A stretch of DNA of 64,000 bases from Haplodiscus bocki. Its lineage: Eukaryota. The translations under genes and the position numbers were made by a program. The stretch lies in contig OZ296656.1 in the NCBI GenBank assembly GCA_965655095.1, positions 43,896,001-43,960,000 on the forward strand, read 5' to 3'. Below are positions 1-10,234 of this stretch, one piece after another; the first letter of the stretch is position 1, and every line of letters starts with the position of its first letter. Under the pieces are notes generated by a model. The model did no database searches. It was not told the origin of the DNA and saw nothing but the letters and a program-made list of their open reading frames with translations.

Positions 1-600
1 ATGAGTGAAACTCAACACAATCTTGATTTTCCCCTATTCTTCTCTGGTTGTCACAAAAATTGATTGCTCCGTCAAAGTGTTGTTTTCGTTTGCATTGTGA
101 AACCTGAATCTCCCATCTTCCACATTCCTGAACACAAAACCAAATGCAACATTCAATTTTGCTGCACACTTGAGCTTCTCGAACACTCTGTCTAGTTTGT
201 GGCTTAAAGTGTGCGCATCCAGTATGTCCCTGGCAAAAACGAAGAGTCTATAACTACCATTCTGCATCTCACAGTCCACAAGACAGTGCTTGCACGTTTC
301 GAATTCTTCAAAGCTCTCATCGTTAATCTGTCCCACCAACTGTGTCACATCCGCAATATCAATCTCCAGTACATTTTGTGGGTTGTGCATACTCTGTTTG
401 TGTAACCGCGAGGAAAAAAGCCAGCTAAAAAATGGTGACGCATTTGACACTTTTAAATGTTCTGTAGTTTGCTTTTTTGCAAAATGGAAGTTGAGATCAT
501 CCTGCGAGCGCGTAGAAAAGTTGGGACATTCAGGTCAATAAAGTGTTCCAACTGAACAGCTTTTCTTGTGTCGAACCAAAGAGTTCTTTGAAGTCTGCGT
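1..600 (-). pseudogene. N-terminal region of Polinton protein-primed DNA polymerase B ORF with C2H2-like fingers
   Basis: Minus-strand translation PECPNFSTRSQDDLNFHFAKK...RLHKQSMH, then FEKLKCAAKLNVAFGFVFRNVEDGRFRFHNANENNTL (ORF 34-450), a segment typical upstream of the catalytic domains in invertebrate Polinton pPolB ORFs. A matching C-terminus is found at 52050-52520. Confidence 0.6.
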
Positions 601-2661
601 TCCATATGTATCGGAAGTACGTTTTTTGAGGTTAGGGAAGGCTTTTTCGTTGAAAAGTTTTCACAGAAAAAGCTGAAATAATTGGAAAAATTGCAGCAAA
701 TTGATTGTACCGATGCAAACGAAAAAACGAGGGTTCGCTTTTAGCAAGTTGCATTCATTAGTTTATACCTTTTATGGAAGGACCATAAATAGAGACATTG
801 ATTGAGATGACCATTGAGATAAGATTGCTTCACATAACTTTGAAAAGATCTGTCAATCAATTCTTTGCCGACATATGATCAAAAGAAGAAATTAATTGAA
901 AAAAAACTCATCTTCTCAAATCGAGAAATGTTGTTTGATATTTTTAATCAAATAGATCAATTTCTGCTTGATAAGGCGACAACATAATTGAGAAAAATAA
1001 TCAAGCGGAACCAATTCCCTTGATAAAGGGACAATTTGTCTGAAAAAAATTCAAGTTGAGCAAAAATCAATTGATTAGTTTTGTATCAAGTGTCAAGCAA
1101 AACCGAGAAGGAAACTAAAAATGGGTTTTGCAGGGTGACTGTAGTGGAGGTTATAAGGATTGGACCATTAACATACATGATAGTATTCATCATCAAAGAA
1201 GTCTCCGAAGCGTTTAACCACTACATAATATTTTCACAATCTGATTGTGGTTGTTTGGAAAAAAATAATGGTTTTTTCTGTGCTCACTGAACATCAAAAT
1301 TCCCCAGTTTTTACCTCTAGACCAAGAATCGTTTCAATTTTCAAAAGAATTTCAGTTAAAAACAGTCAATGTCTGTCGAAAAGCATACTGACGGTTTGAT
1401 CAAACTATATTCAATCTACGAAGATGTTCCGTAATGTTTTCTGAGCGGAACAGATGTAAATAGTTATTTATATCACCAGAATTGTGACCTTTCTCAATCT
1501 CATCACCGGATAGTTGGAGTGAGTAGAAGTCCCAGAAACAACAGTTTTGCCATCAGATTATTCCGGTTTTGCGATATAAAAGCCCAGCAAAGGCATCTTC
1601 TCAAAGGAGTGATATCCATATCTAGAAAAAAAATTGTCCTACGATTTGCGTGGTTTTCTCAAAGCCTAAGAACAATCCAACAACTTCACATAAGCTCCTC
1701 TATCGAGACCTAAAAATGAAAATGTCTCCACATTGTCAAAAGACAACCTCTTTGCTTACTGCTATAAAGATAATCAAGGCAATTCTGACCGTCAAATAGG
1801 TTTATTTTTTAATTTTGAATATAACCACAAGGGTTCAGTCTTCCATCAAAAAACTCGACATTCACGTAGACCATTTGATTTTTGCATAGATTGTATACAT
1901 TAGACATCACGAAATTTACACTTTTTACAGCAACCGATATCTTATTGGTTACGAGTGTGGATTTTCTGAAAGCAACTATGACATCTAAAGAGCTCACATC
2001 GACGTACACTGCTTCAACAAAAATGGCAATGGAGTGAATTACATGTTTCTGGACGCTCATGTAACTACCCCGAGATCCCCCTAAGGTTGTAGAACTTTTG
2101 GAGCGTGGTCGCTGGTTCACAAAAACCCTTTTACGTTACAGGACTGCGTAAAGACAAAAATTGGAGGTAAAAGAAGCTTATTCTTTGTCAAAATGGTGAA
2201 CTTCTAACCTGGCGAGAAAATGCTAATAACTGTTCCAATTCAATGCAATAAATGTAGCAAGAAAGAATTGTCCAATTTTTATGTGGACACTAAAATACAG
2301 AAAATTATTGGACAGGTTTTTTTCCAACAATTAAAAACGAAAAATGTGTTTGCATTGCAAACAAAAAAGTTTTCAAGTTTAAAGAACTGCAAAAAGTGTA
2401 AAACCAGCTGTCACGTGCCTACTATTCCATTCAAAGGCCAAAGCCAACGCTGACCTTCATTGGTGGAAATGGCTCACAATGCTTTGCAGAAAAAAAGAAA
2501 TGGCAACTACGAAAAGCCATCTCCTTTGTTCAGGAATTTTCTCTGCCAATCACAATCTACCGCAACCTAACGTGAAACGGAAAGGGAGAAAACTACGACG
2601 TATAAGACATAAGCTTGTTCAGGTCCTAATAGCTGATAAAAAGAGTTAAAATTTCAACTGT

Positions 2662-3245
2662 TTGGTCTTTTTATACAACTTTTTTCTAGACTCAAGCAGC
2701 ATGATCTTCGCAATTTCCAACGAAAAAATCGTGTGGTGTCTCGAATTTGGCCCGCATTCAGTTATTCTGACTGTAAAAGATCTGCTCGAAGAAATGACAA
2801 AAAGCTCCGAGGAAAATCCTCTGCCGGAATGGAACTTTTTGCTGTCCAAAAGACAAGAACTTCTGGACAATGATTTGGCCCAAAACGCAATCACTCCCAA
2901 TCAGCACGGAGCATTTGAAATTAGGCAAGAGGTTCTTACAAGTGCTGGAGCGCAGGATTTAGATACCAGACTATGGGCTATCAGACTTGGAGAACAATGA
3001 ATTCTTCCTGTAAAATCCTTAGTTGGAGTTGGATGCTGTCTTTAGACCAGGGATATATACTCCTTTCTCACCAGCAGGCTTCAACGATTTGAAGATGGGA
3101 GAAAGAAGATCATCCGGAAACGCCATTTTGTTGGAGTAGAAGGAAAACAAGTAAAACTCTGCGCCAACAACTCCAGTGTCTGACTGTCCCATTGAGCTCC
3201 CAGGTAGACCAGAGGTCGTTCTTTTAGGGGACGAGTTAAAAATAA
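2662..3245 (+). pseudogene. Disrupted hypothetical protein inside the Polinton
   Basis: ORF 2662-3000 continues after a frameshift as LDAVFRPGIYTPFSPAGFNDL...PTTPVSD. No recognised domain. Confidence 0.35.
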
Positions 3246-3761
3246 ACCCGAAAAAATTTGAAAGACTTCGTTTGAAAAAGTTTTCAATGTGCTTGTGTGT
3301 AGAATTAGTTACAATTATATAATAGGTTTCGATACCAACAAATTTTTTTCTTAAGTAGTCAGACATGTGTGAGATAAAGACAGTTCTAGTGTTTGTAACT
3401 CCTTTAGTGGCGGCCACTTTTTGCGTATAGAAAGAGTTAATAATGAAACAAATTGGTACAACACAGTGAGAAAACTAATAAAAATCCTTGTATCTTTGTG
3501 AAAAGGAGTAAAAAGAATATTCTTTGAACGGCCAATGCTAATATCTCTTGCATGATGATAATGTCGTGGCTACTGCTTTTGATTTTACGAGAAACATGAT
3601 GCGAAAACATTATGTGGTAGGTTTAGATAAAACTTTTGCTTTTAAAACCAAAACAATTCTTCTGAAAATTTAACACGTTGTGAAAACATTGTTTCAGAAT
3701 CTGACGCGTCGTAAAGATTTTTTTCAGAATCTCAAAGAATTTTTTGAAAATTTTGCGATTG

Positions 3762-3855
3762 CTACTGGAAAACCATCTACATACACAATAAAAAAGGATC
3801 AAGATGAGATTTTACAAAGCAACTTCTGTCGAAAATAATTGATTTATGTCATTTA
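3762..3855 (+). pseudogene. C-terminal remnant of Polinton retroviral-like integrase
   Basis: TGKPSTYTIKKDQDEILQSNF resembles the PxTYxLxDxxxExIxGxFY tail of Polinton integrases and sits directly before the minor capsid gene. Confidence 0.5.
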
Positions 3856-3858
3856 ACA

Positions 3859-4635
3859 ATGAATTTTTCCCCAAAAGATTTCGTCATTAATTTATCTGCG
3901 AAAATTTTTCCTGACAACACACTCAGCTCCTTCACAAAACTTATGCCGGAGCAACTGAATCTTGATGGGCAATGAGAGATTACATCTTCTGAAAAATACC
4001 ACCCATCATTGTACCGAAATGTTACAGAGTGTATTTTTATGAGTTTTTACCCAAAACCCTCAAACTCCACGGATTTTTATCCGGAACCCGGTCTCTACCA
4101 TTCAAATACCGATATTGTGGAAGCCATGAACAAGCTCATTCAAGAGTGACACAATCACACAATCTTCTATGGCAGTCACAGTGTCCCGAAAAACGCAAAA
4201 AGTCAACATTCACCTCGCAAATGAAAAATCGGGTCCTGCATTTTTTAGTACGGACTTGAGTCACATTATTGGAAGTAATGTTGGCAATGAATTTGGCATA
4301 TTGTTGAGAAGAAATGGACATCGCAAGCCAGTGTTCGGTAATGACATTGTCCGATTAATTTTGCATGGTATACACAGACTTGATTGAGTCCAATATTGTT
4401 GGCGGCACAGAGGCACCATTGCTGCTCTAATTTTTTTTCATTTCGGAGCTAAAAACTCGGGGCGTTATGACTAGTGGACAAAACATGACTTAGACATTTA
4501 ATAATCTACAATTCAGACCGCCGCTCAAAAATTTTTTTCAAAGTATTCTCATAAACTTGAGAAACACGAGTAGTGAAGAAATATTCTTTGTAACTGTGGG
4601 TTTTACTCGAATCGTTTTGATGTTTAGAAAAGCTT
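3859..4635 (+). pseudogene. Polinton minor capsid protein (penton-like)
   Basis: Starts MNFSPKDFVINLSAKIFPDNTLSSFTKLMPEQLNLDGQ*EI..., the conserved FPDNTxSxFxxxLPxxLxLxGxWEV N-terminal motif. Multiple frameshifts. Confidence 0.7.
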
Positions 4636-4669
4636 CCGTTATTCGTTTTCAACGACAAACACGTTACAA

Positions 4670-5035
4670 ATAGTTGCTTCACAACAGGTAGAGATTCCAA
4701 ACTGTAGAGGAATTGGTCCTAAGCATGGAAGAGGATTCTGTGCACCTACACAAGTTAATGGGAGAAACGCAATTCCGCTTTTACAAAAATATGTCGTCCC
4801 AGCTTCAATATGTGTGGGTATTGATTTGATTGAAATTACAGCGCCAGAAAGTGCAGAGGTTGCTAGTGGAAGAAAAAATTTCAAGACAGGAGCAAAGAAG
4901 ATGGGAAGACAAACTCTGAGAAAACAGTTTGGTAGTGGTGGCAGGAAAGGGACTGCAAGCAGAGATATTCCAACAAAATCTGCAGAACAAACCAGTCAGT
5001 CGCGAAGAGATAATTTTACAAACAGTATTCACTAG
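4670..5035 (+). pseudogene. Small Gly/Arg-rich Polinton virion/core-like protein
   Basis: In-frame IVASQQVEIPNCRGIGPKHGRGFC...AIPLLQKYVVPA...LRKQFGSG, with a GxG motif, located between the minor and major capsid genes. The start codon appears mutated (ATA). Confidence 0.55.
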
Positions 5036-5067
5036 CCAAGTCATCTAAGTTTCGGTACCAAACTTTT

Positions 5068-6975
5068 GTGGCAGTTTCCGGAAATCTACGAGGGGAAGTC
5101 TCGCTTGTTGACAACGTCCTACCGTCCCACGAACAAGAATTTTATCCTACAACTTCACTTGATGAATACTGCATGAAGTTTGATTTCCAAACGGATTGGA
5201 ACTACTACGTTGATTTGAGAAAGACGGGTTTGACTTTGAAATTAAAACTTGCCAAGGGTCTTTTTTAGGAAACTTACAATACCAAAGAATTAAAAACAGA
5301 GCGCAAAGAGGAGACACAACCGGATGAGGAAACCGGGGAGGAACAAGTGGCTCCAGTTCCTCTCGTTACTCATGTGAACAGCATTTTACTCTCATTTTTC
5401 CCAATGTTGAGGTTTACATCAACAATCAGCAAACTTGCAATTCAAATGGACTCTATACGCACAAATCCTACATTTCCAATAAACTGAAGGGAGCATCTTT
5501 GTATACAACGGTGTTTTGCACCGGGAGCGGTACGACTATGAAGAATTTACTAATGAAATTATGGAAGCGCCTCTGTCTGAACCAGTTTTCACAAGGAGAA
5601 TCAAAATGCTCAGTAGACCCGACGGCTTCTTTTTGTATGGTAAACTGGTTGTTGGATTTTTCTCCACTTCTGAATTGTTATATCCAAACATCAAGGTTAG
5701 GTTACGACTAATAAGAGCCAGACCTAATTTTTACATGATTAGCGTCAAACCCAACGTTAGTCTCGGAAAGCCTGCTTGTTCACTTTACACTCGTTGCATT
5801 GCTCTCACCGAAAATTATCACAAGAACTGAACAAATATGCTTACATATACTCCTGTGGAGTTCAACTTTTTGGAGACTCCAGCAAAGATTTTTATCATTC
5901 CCGCTAGACAAAACCAGTCAATCCAGGAAAACATTTTCAACAATGCTCCAGTTCGTCGGATTGCTATTGCAGTGAATAGAAAATCTGCTTTCACTGGATC
6001 GTACACTGAACTTCCATTCTGGTAACAACAATCGGATCTCAGAAAAATTAGAATACTCAGAGGAGGTCAGCCAATCGTAGACTTTGATGCTGGTTATAAT
6101 TGTTGCTTACACGTTACGACGATGAAGGCAATGAACTTTCAAGATGATATCCCCTCAACTCCAATTGATATATACAAAGATTACAATGTACTAGTGTTTG
6201 ATCAGACTTCAATCCAAGATGCTAGAAAATGTTGACCATTTGAAAGAATTTACCCATAAGAATCTTGTAATTGAGCACTGGATTAAACAATTGAATGCCT
6301 GCTATTGAAACATTTCGAAAAGTGGGCAAATTCGAAGTCACTTGTCTGAATTAAACTAAGTTTGGACAAATTCCCTAAAGTGAAGCCATATTTTGCAAAA
6401 ATGCATGGATTACAAACTTAAAGAAAAATATTCCGAATAAGCACTTGATAAAAAAAATTGAATGTGTAGTTGGGATGAAAAAACATACCCCTTTTGAAAA
6501 TATACTCTTGCGCGCCTCGAACACCGAAATGTTGAAAAACAAAGCTTGAACAGATTTCAAGTCAAGCATTCAACAGACGAAAACCGACTTGACCAAACCT
6601 AAAAAAACTTTTCATAAAAAAGGAAACGAAAGCTCATTCTTTTGTAGAAAGGTAAGATAAAACTGAAATCTCCATTTTGTTCGGGTTTGAACCACCCAGC
6701 AGTTTAAATTTTGGTCATTTTTGCAAAATTGAAAGTGTTTGAATACTCAAATCCGACTGATAAAATCAAAGTCCACTAACTACTAACTACAGTTTGATTT
6801 GACTTCAATGCAAGATGCTACTGAAAATTTTCATTACCCAAAACTAGTTGAGGAAACACTGAGGCTTGAGCCTAATTTTACTTTTCCGCTAGAACACGTT
6901 ACTAAACTCTTTGTATTGGCGGAACGATTGTCTTTGTTTACAGTTTACAAGTTTGCTGTTGTCGGGAAGATTATA
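5068..6975 (+). pseudogene. Polinton major capsid protein (double jelly-roll, hexon-like), fragmented and interrupted by an insertion at ~6225-6791
   Basis: Successive fragments MKFDFQTDWNYYVDLRKTGLTLKLKL; FFLYGKLVVGFFSTSELLYPNIKVRLRLIRARPNFYM; ENIFNNAPVRRIAIAVN..AFTGSY; VFDxTS..D; ..LRLEPNFTFPLEHVTKLFVLAE. Confidence 0.75.
6225..6791 (+). mobile_element. 5'-truncated non-LTR-type insertion in the capsid gene with a ~29-bp target duplication
   Basis: GTTTGATcaGACTTCAATcCAAGATGCTA (6196-6224) recurs at 6792-6820 with 3 mismatches. The insert ends in a short ACTA/ACT tandem tail. Confidence 0.5.
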
Positions 6976-6979
6976 TAAT

Positions 6980-7390
6980 TTGGATAAAATTTCTCTCCAC
7001 TAAATAATCAATTGTGTTGCGCTACTCAAGTATCGGTACCCGGGTTCATTTCGCTCTCACCATGTTCCAAATCTTGACAATGACACTTTTGCTATTATCA
7101 ACACGCAACTCAGCAAAACACAGGGCTACCATTAGATAATCATTCTGAGGTTTTGTCAAGAAAATTTTTTTGCAGACCCTCTTGGACGTCAAAAGTTCCG
7201 TTTTTTCAAAAACCATCACAACTAGATGATGCCAGCATAATTGCAGTCGCATCTCCGTGTGTGTGGTTTCTACACGATATATGCAGCTTTCCATCTCTTC
7301 AAGTTCTCTCAGCAAAAATTTACTGAGGTTCAAATTTTTATTACACTCTGCTTTATAGGTATTTTCAAGTAATATTTTAACATTTTTTGA
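6980..7390 (+). pseudogene. Polinton adenain-like cysteine protease
   Basis: KYRYPGSF...DTFAIINTQ...GYH*II...FFADPLG...LQSHLRVCGFYTIY: His-Asp-(Gln)-Cys motif order of adenain/Ulp1-clan proteases, with internal stops. Confidence 0.75.
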
Positions 7391-7479
7391 CGTAAAAGCG
7401 CAGTCTACCCGATGTAGTTGTTCAATTTTACGCCCTGTAATTTATTTTTTAAACTTTTGTTCGTTCTTTTCACATAAAA

Positions 7480-8267
7480 ACAAGCATAAATTGTCGACTC
7501 TGTTGATAAAATATCCGCAGTTGTAAAAAAAAATCCGCAGGCGTCAAAAAATATCCGCAAGCGTAATGAAATATCCGCCCGCCTCCCGAAAAACTTTCTG
7601 GCTTCATCCTCCCAGGTTGGAATCCCGCTGACAGACCTCGTTTCTCCCCACTTCTGCTCATACCTTCATACTGGATCTCCATTCAAATCAAACAAAATTT
7701 TTTTCGTTACACATATCCATATCTTAACACATTAGAGTAAACCGTCTCTTAATACTTTGAAGTATCTTAATACAACGAGCTTTCTGAATAAATTGGGCTA
7801 TCTCGGGCACCTAGTCGCATAGTGCCGAAAAACCCGAACTCTACCTTGGGGTGAACCCTATCTTAATACAATGAGGTTGTTTACCCTATCTTCATAGATT
7901 GGCGTATCTTAATACATTGATGTAGTATACCCTATATTTGGATGGTCTCACAGTGACGAAAAGCTCTATCTTGCGGTGAACCCTATCTTTATACATTGAG
8001 GTAATTTACCTTTTCTTAATACTTTGGGTATCTTAATAATTTGACGTAGAATACCTTTTCTTCGGGTAGTGCCCAAAAGTCTCACAGTGCCGAAAAACTC
8101 TATCTTATTACATTGACCCACGTATTAACATACAAGCCGGGAATGGACCTCCACCCCTGTAACATCGGTTTGGGCTTCATTCGGCTCTCGGATTGCTATA
8201 GCTTATCTTAAAACATGTAGGGACCTCCACCCTCCCCCCTGTCTGATCGACTCACACTCTTACTATT
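7480..8267. repeat. Polinton terminal inverted repeat (right end) with internal tandem motifs
   Basis: Four AAAxATCCGC-type motifs (7509-7578), repeated TCACAGTGCCGAAAA and TATCTTAATACA motifs. Homologous to 52520-53296 (direct) and 51307-51990 (inverted). Confidence 0.8.
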
Positions 8268-8624
8268 TGTATAAGATATAGTATTTTTTGCATCTTTACC
8301 AACTTTTCCTGAACAAACCATTTTCTAAAAAACTATATGGATATGCATACCTAATTTTTGGAAGACGAATGATTTCGTTTTTAACGGTTTTTCGTTTCTC
8401 CTCCCTCCCCGTCACGGTTACCCATTCTCAAAAAATGGGTCATTTCAAGAGACAGGAAAATCAACTCTCTGCAATTTAGAGAAATATTACCCAATCGCTC
8501 GATTGAACGTGAGCGAAAAACTTCAAAAACATGCCTTGTATCACTAGTCTGGAGTGATAAAATTTCAAGTATGTTGAGTAGTTAGAGCACCGATTTTAAT
8601 TGTGTCATTCCTTAAACAAATGTC

Positions 8625-8887
8625 AAAATTAGGGCAGTGATAACTTTTTGAGGAGTGATCCGATTTCAAAACAAAAAACACTAATAAAATCTTATGAAAA
8701 ATTCAAGAAACTTTTGGTTTAGCTGTTTTGGGGTTAAAATGTTGTGCCTTGAGAATGTATCAAAGCACGACAATTGAACCCCAAAACAGCTGAACCAAAA
8801 GTTTTTTGGATTTTTCATAAGTTTTTATTAGTGTTTTTTGTTTTGAAATCAGATCACTCGTCAAAAAGTTATCACTGCCCTAATTTT
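8625..8887. repeat. Long near-perfect palindrome (foldback MITE-like), ~128-bp arms, 7-nt loop
   Basis: AAAATTAGGGCAGTGATAACTTTTTGA...GTGCCTTGA-gaatgta-TCAAAGCAC...TCAAAAAGTTATCACTGCCCTAATTTT. Confidence 0.85.
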
Positions 8888-9871
8888 TGGCCTCCAAACT
8901 TGTTTAATTTTTGCTCAGGTGTTCACTTAGCTGAAATCAGTGCAGTAGAAGAAACTGATTAACAATTGAGTTGAATAAAGCATTGAATGTTTCTCTTTGA
9001 TGGCGACATTAGGTTTGAAAGAGGTCGAAACTTGTTTACCACTATTTAGTAATTGCTTTGTTGACCTTCAAGTGAGCGAAAGAAAACTGTCAGTCATTTC
9101 ATTGTAAATTATTTGAATTACGTAATCAAAAAAAGCATTCGTCGAATTACGTAATCAAAAACATTTGAGTCTACTCTAAGTCCTGATCTTCTAATGTTTC
9201 ATTGTTTTGAAAATGAAATGTCTGGGACTGAGATGCCTATTGGTTTGGTGCATAAATGATTTTTAAATCAACCAATACTGAGACTTATTCTAAATTTCAG
9301 TTAAAGATTCGAGGTACCCTGACGTATGTTGGGAGAAAGCGATACTATGCTCATAACCAAGCCTTCTCTATTAAAAGTCAGATTCAGAAATAACCGGAGA
9401 GTCGAAAAGATTTCACATTTTTTATTATTGAAGTCAGTAGAGGAATTATTAACCAACAGTTTGAGGAATGAATGCCACGATAGTAAGTCAACGGGTTGTC
9501 AAATTTGGTGGAAGTTGTCCTGTCTTGTGGGGTCGATTTCTATTTTAATCCAACCAGTCCGATGAATCGAAGAATGAGACTAATAAATTTGTTAATTTTT
9601 CTTCTCATAGAAATCTTCATAATTCTAGAGCTAAATTCAAGAACTAAAAATGAAAAAGCAAATAATGTGGCAGAAAATCGGTCCCCTCCAATCTTTTTGC
9701 CAAAGATCCTATTTTTAATTAACAAATGCTCATAATTGCTTATCGTGCCTAATTGACCTAGCTCGTAGGCACCTGTAATCTTTTACTTGTTGTGCCAGTG
9801 GCCCTGAGGGCTGCCAGTCGATTTTTCAGCCATCGTACATTAACAGTTCTTCGTTTATTTGTTTATTTTAG

Positions 9872-10234
9872 TTTGTGGATTCCTGGAAAACCATCAAATC
9901 AGTGCCCTGATAAGTTTCGTATCTTGCTACAGTGCCAGCGCTCTAACGTCACAATCTAACTCCCTCAAACTTCCCCACATTATGATTGGCAGCAATGGGG
10001 GCTGCACACATGAACAAAATGGAGGTCATTTCTCCAGAGCCATCTTCTCATCCTTTTCTGTACCTCGAGAGTCCCTAGGACGTCCTGTTTCACCGGAAAG
10101 GACGAAGGGGTCATTCACAGTGTCACTGTCAGGGTCAATGGATTTGATAGAGGAGCCTTTGATCGATTTCATTCTAATGCGCAAATGGAGCAGAATTGTG
10201 TTGATTCATGACCAAGTTATGTCCAATGAATTTG
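9872..10234 (+). CDS. iGluR exon: amino-terminal domain
   Basis: [39 protein letters not shown]...[10 protein letters not shown] aligns by eye with GluD ATD CxLMxQGILALVxSxGCxSAxxLQSLxDAMHIPH. tttag acceptor, gttagc donor. Confidence 0.8.

Larger units (their letters stand above)
1..8267. mobile_element. Decayed Polinton/Maverick (adintovirus-like) element, right arm; continues off the left edge
   Basis: Gene order pPolB N-terminus (-), integrase tail, minor capsid, small Gly/Arg protein, major capsid, cysteine protease, then a ~790-bp repeat-rich terminus ending CTCTTACTATT. The intact form CTCTTACTACT (revcomp AGTAGTAAGAG) is seen at 53296. Most ORFs carry stops or frameshifts. Confidence 0.85.
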
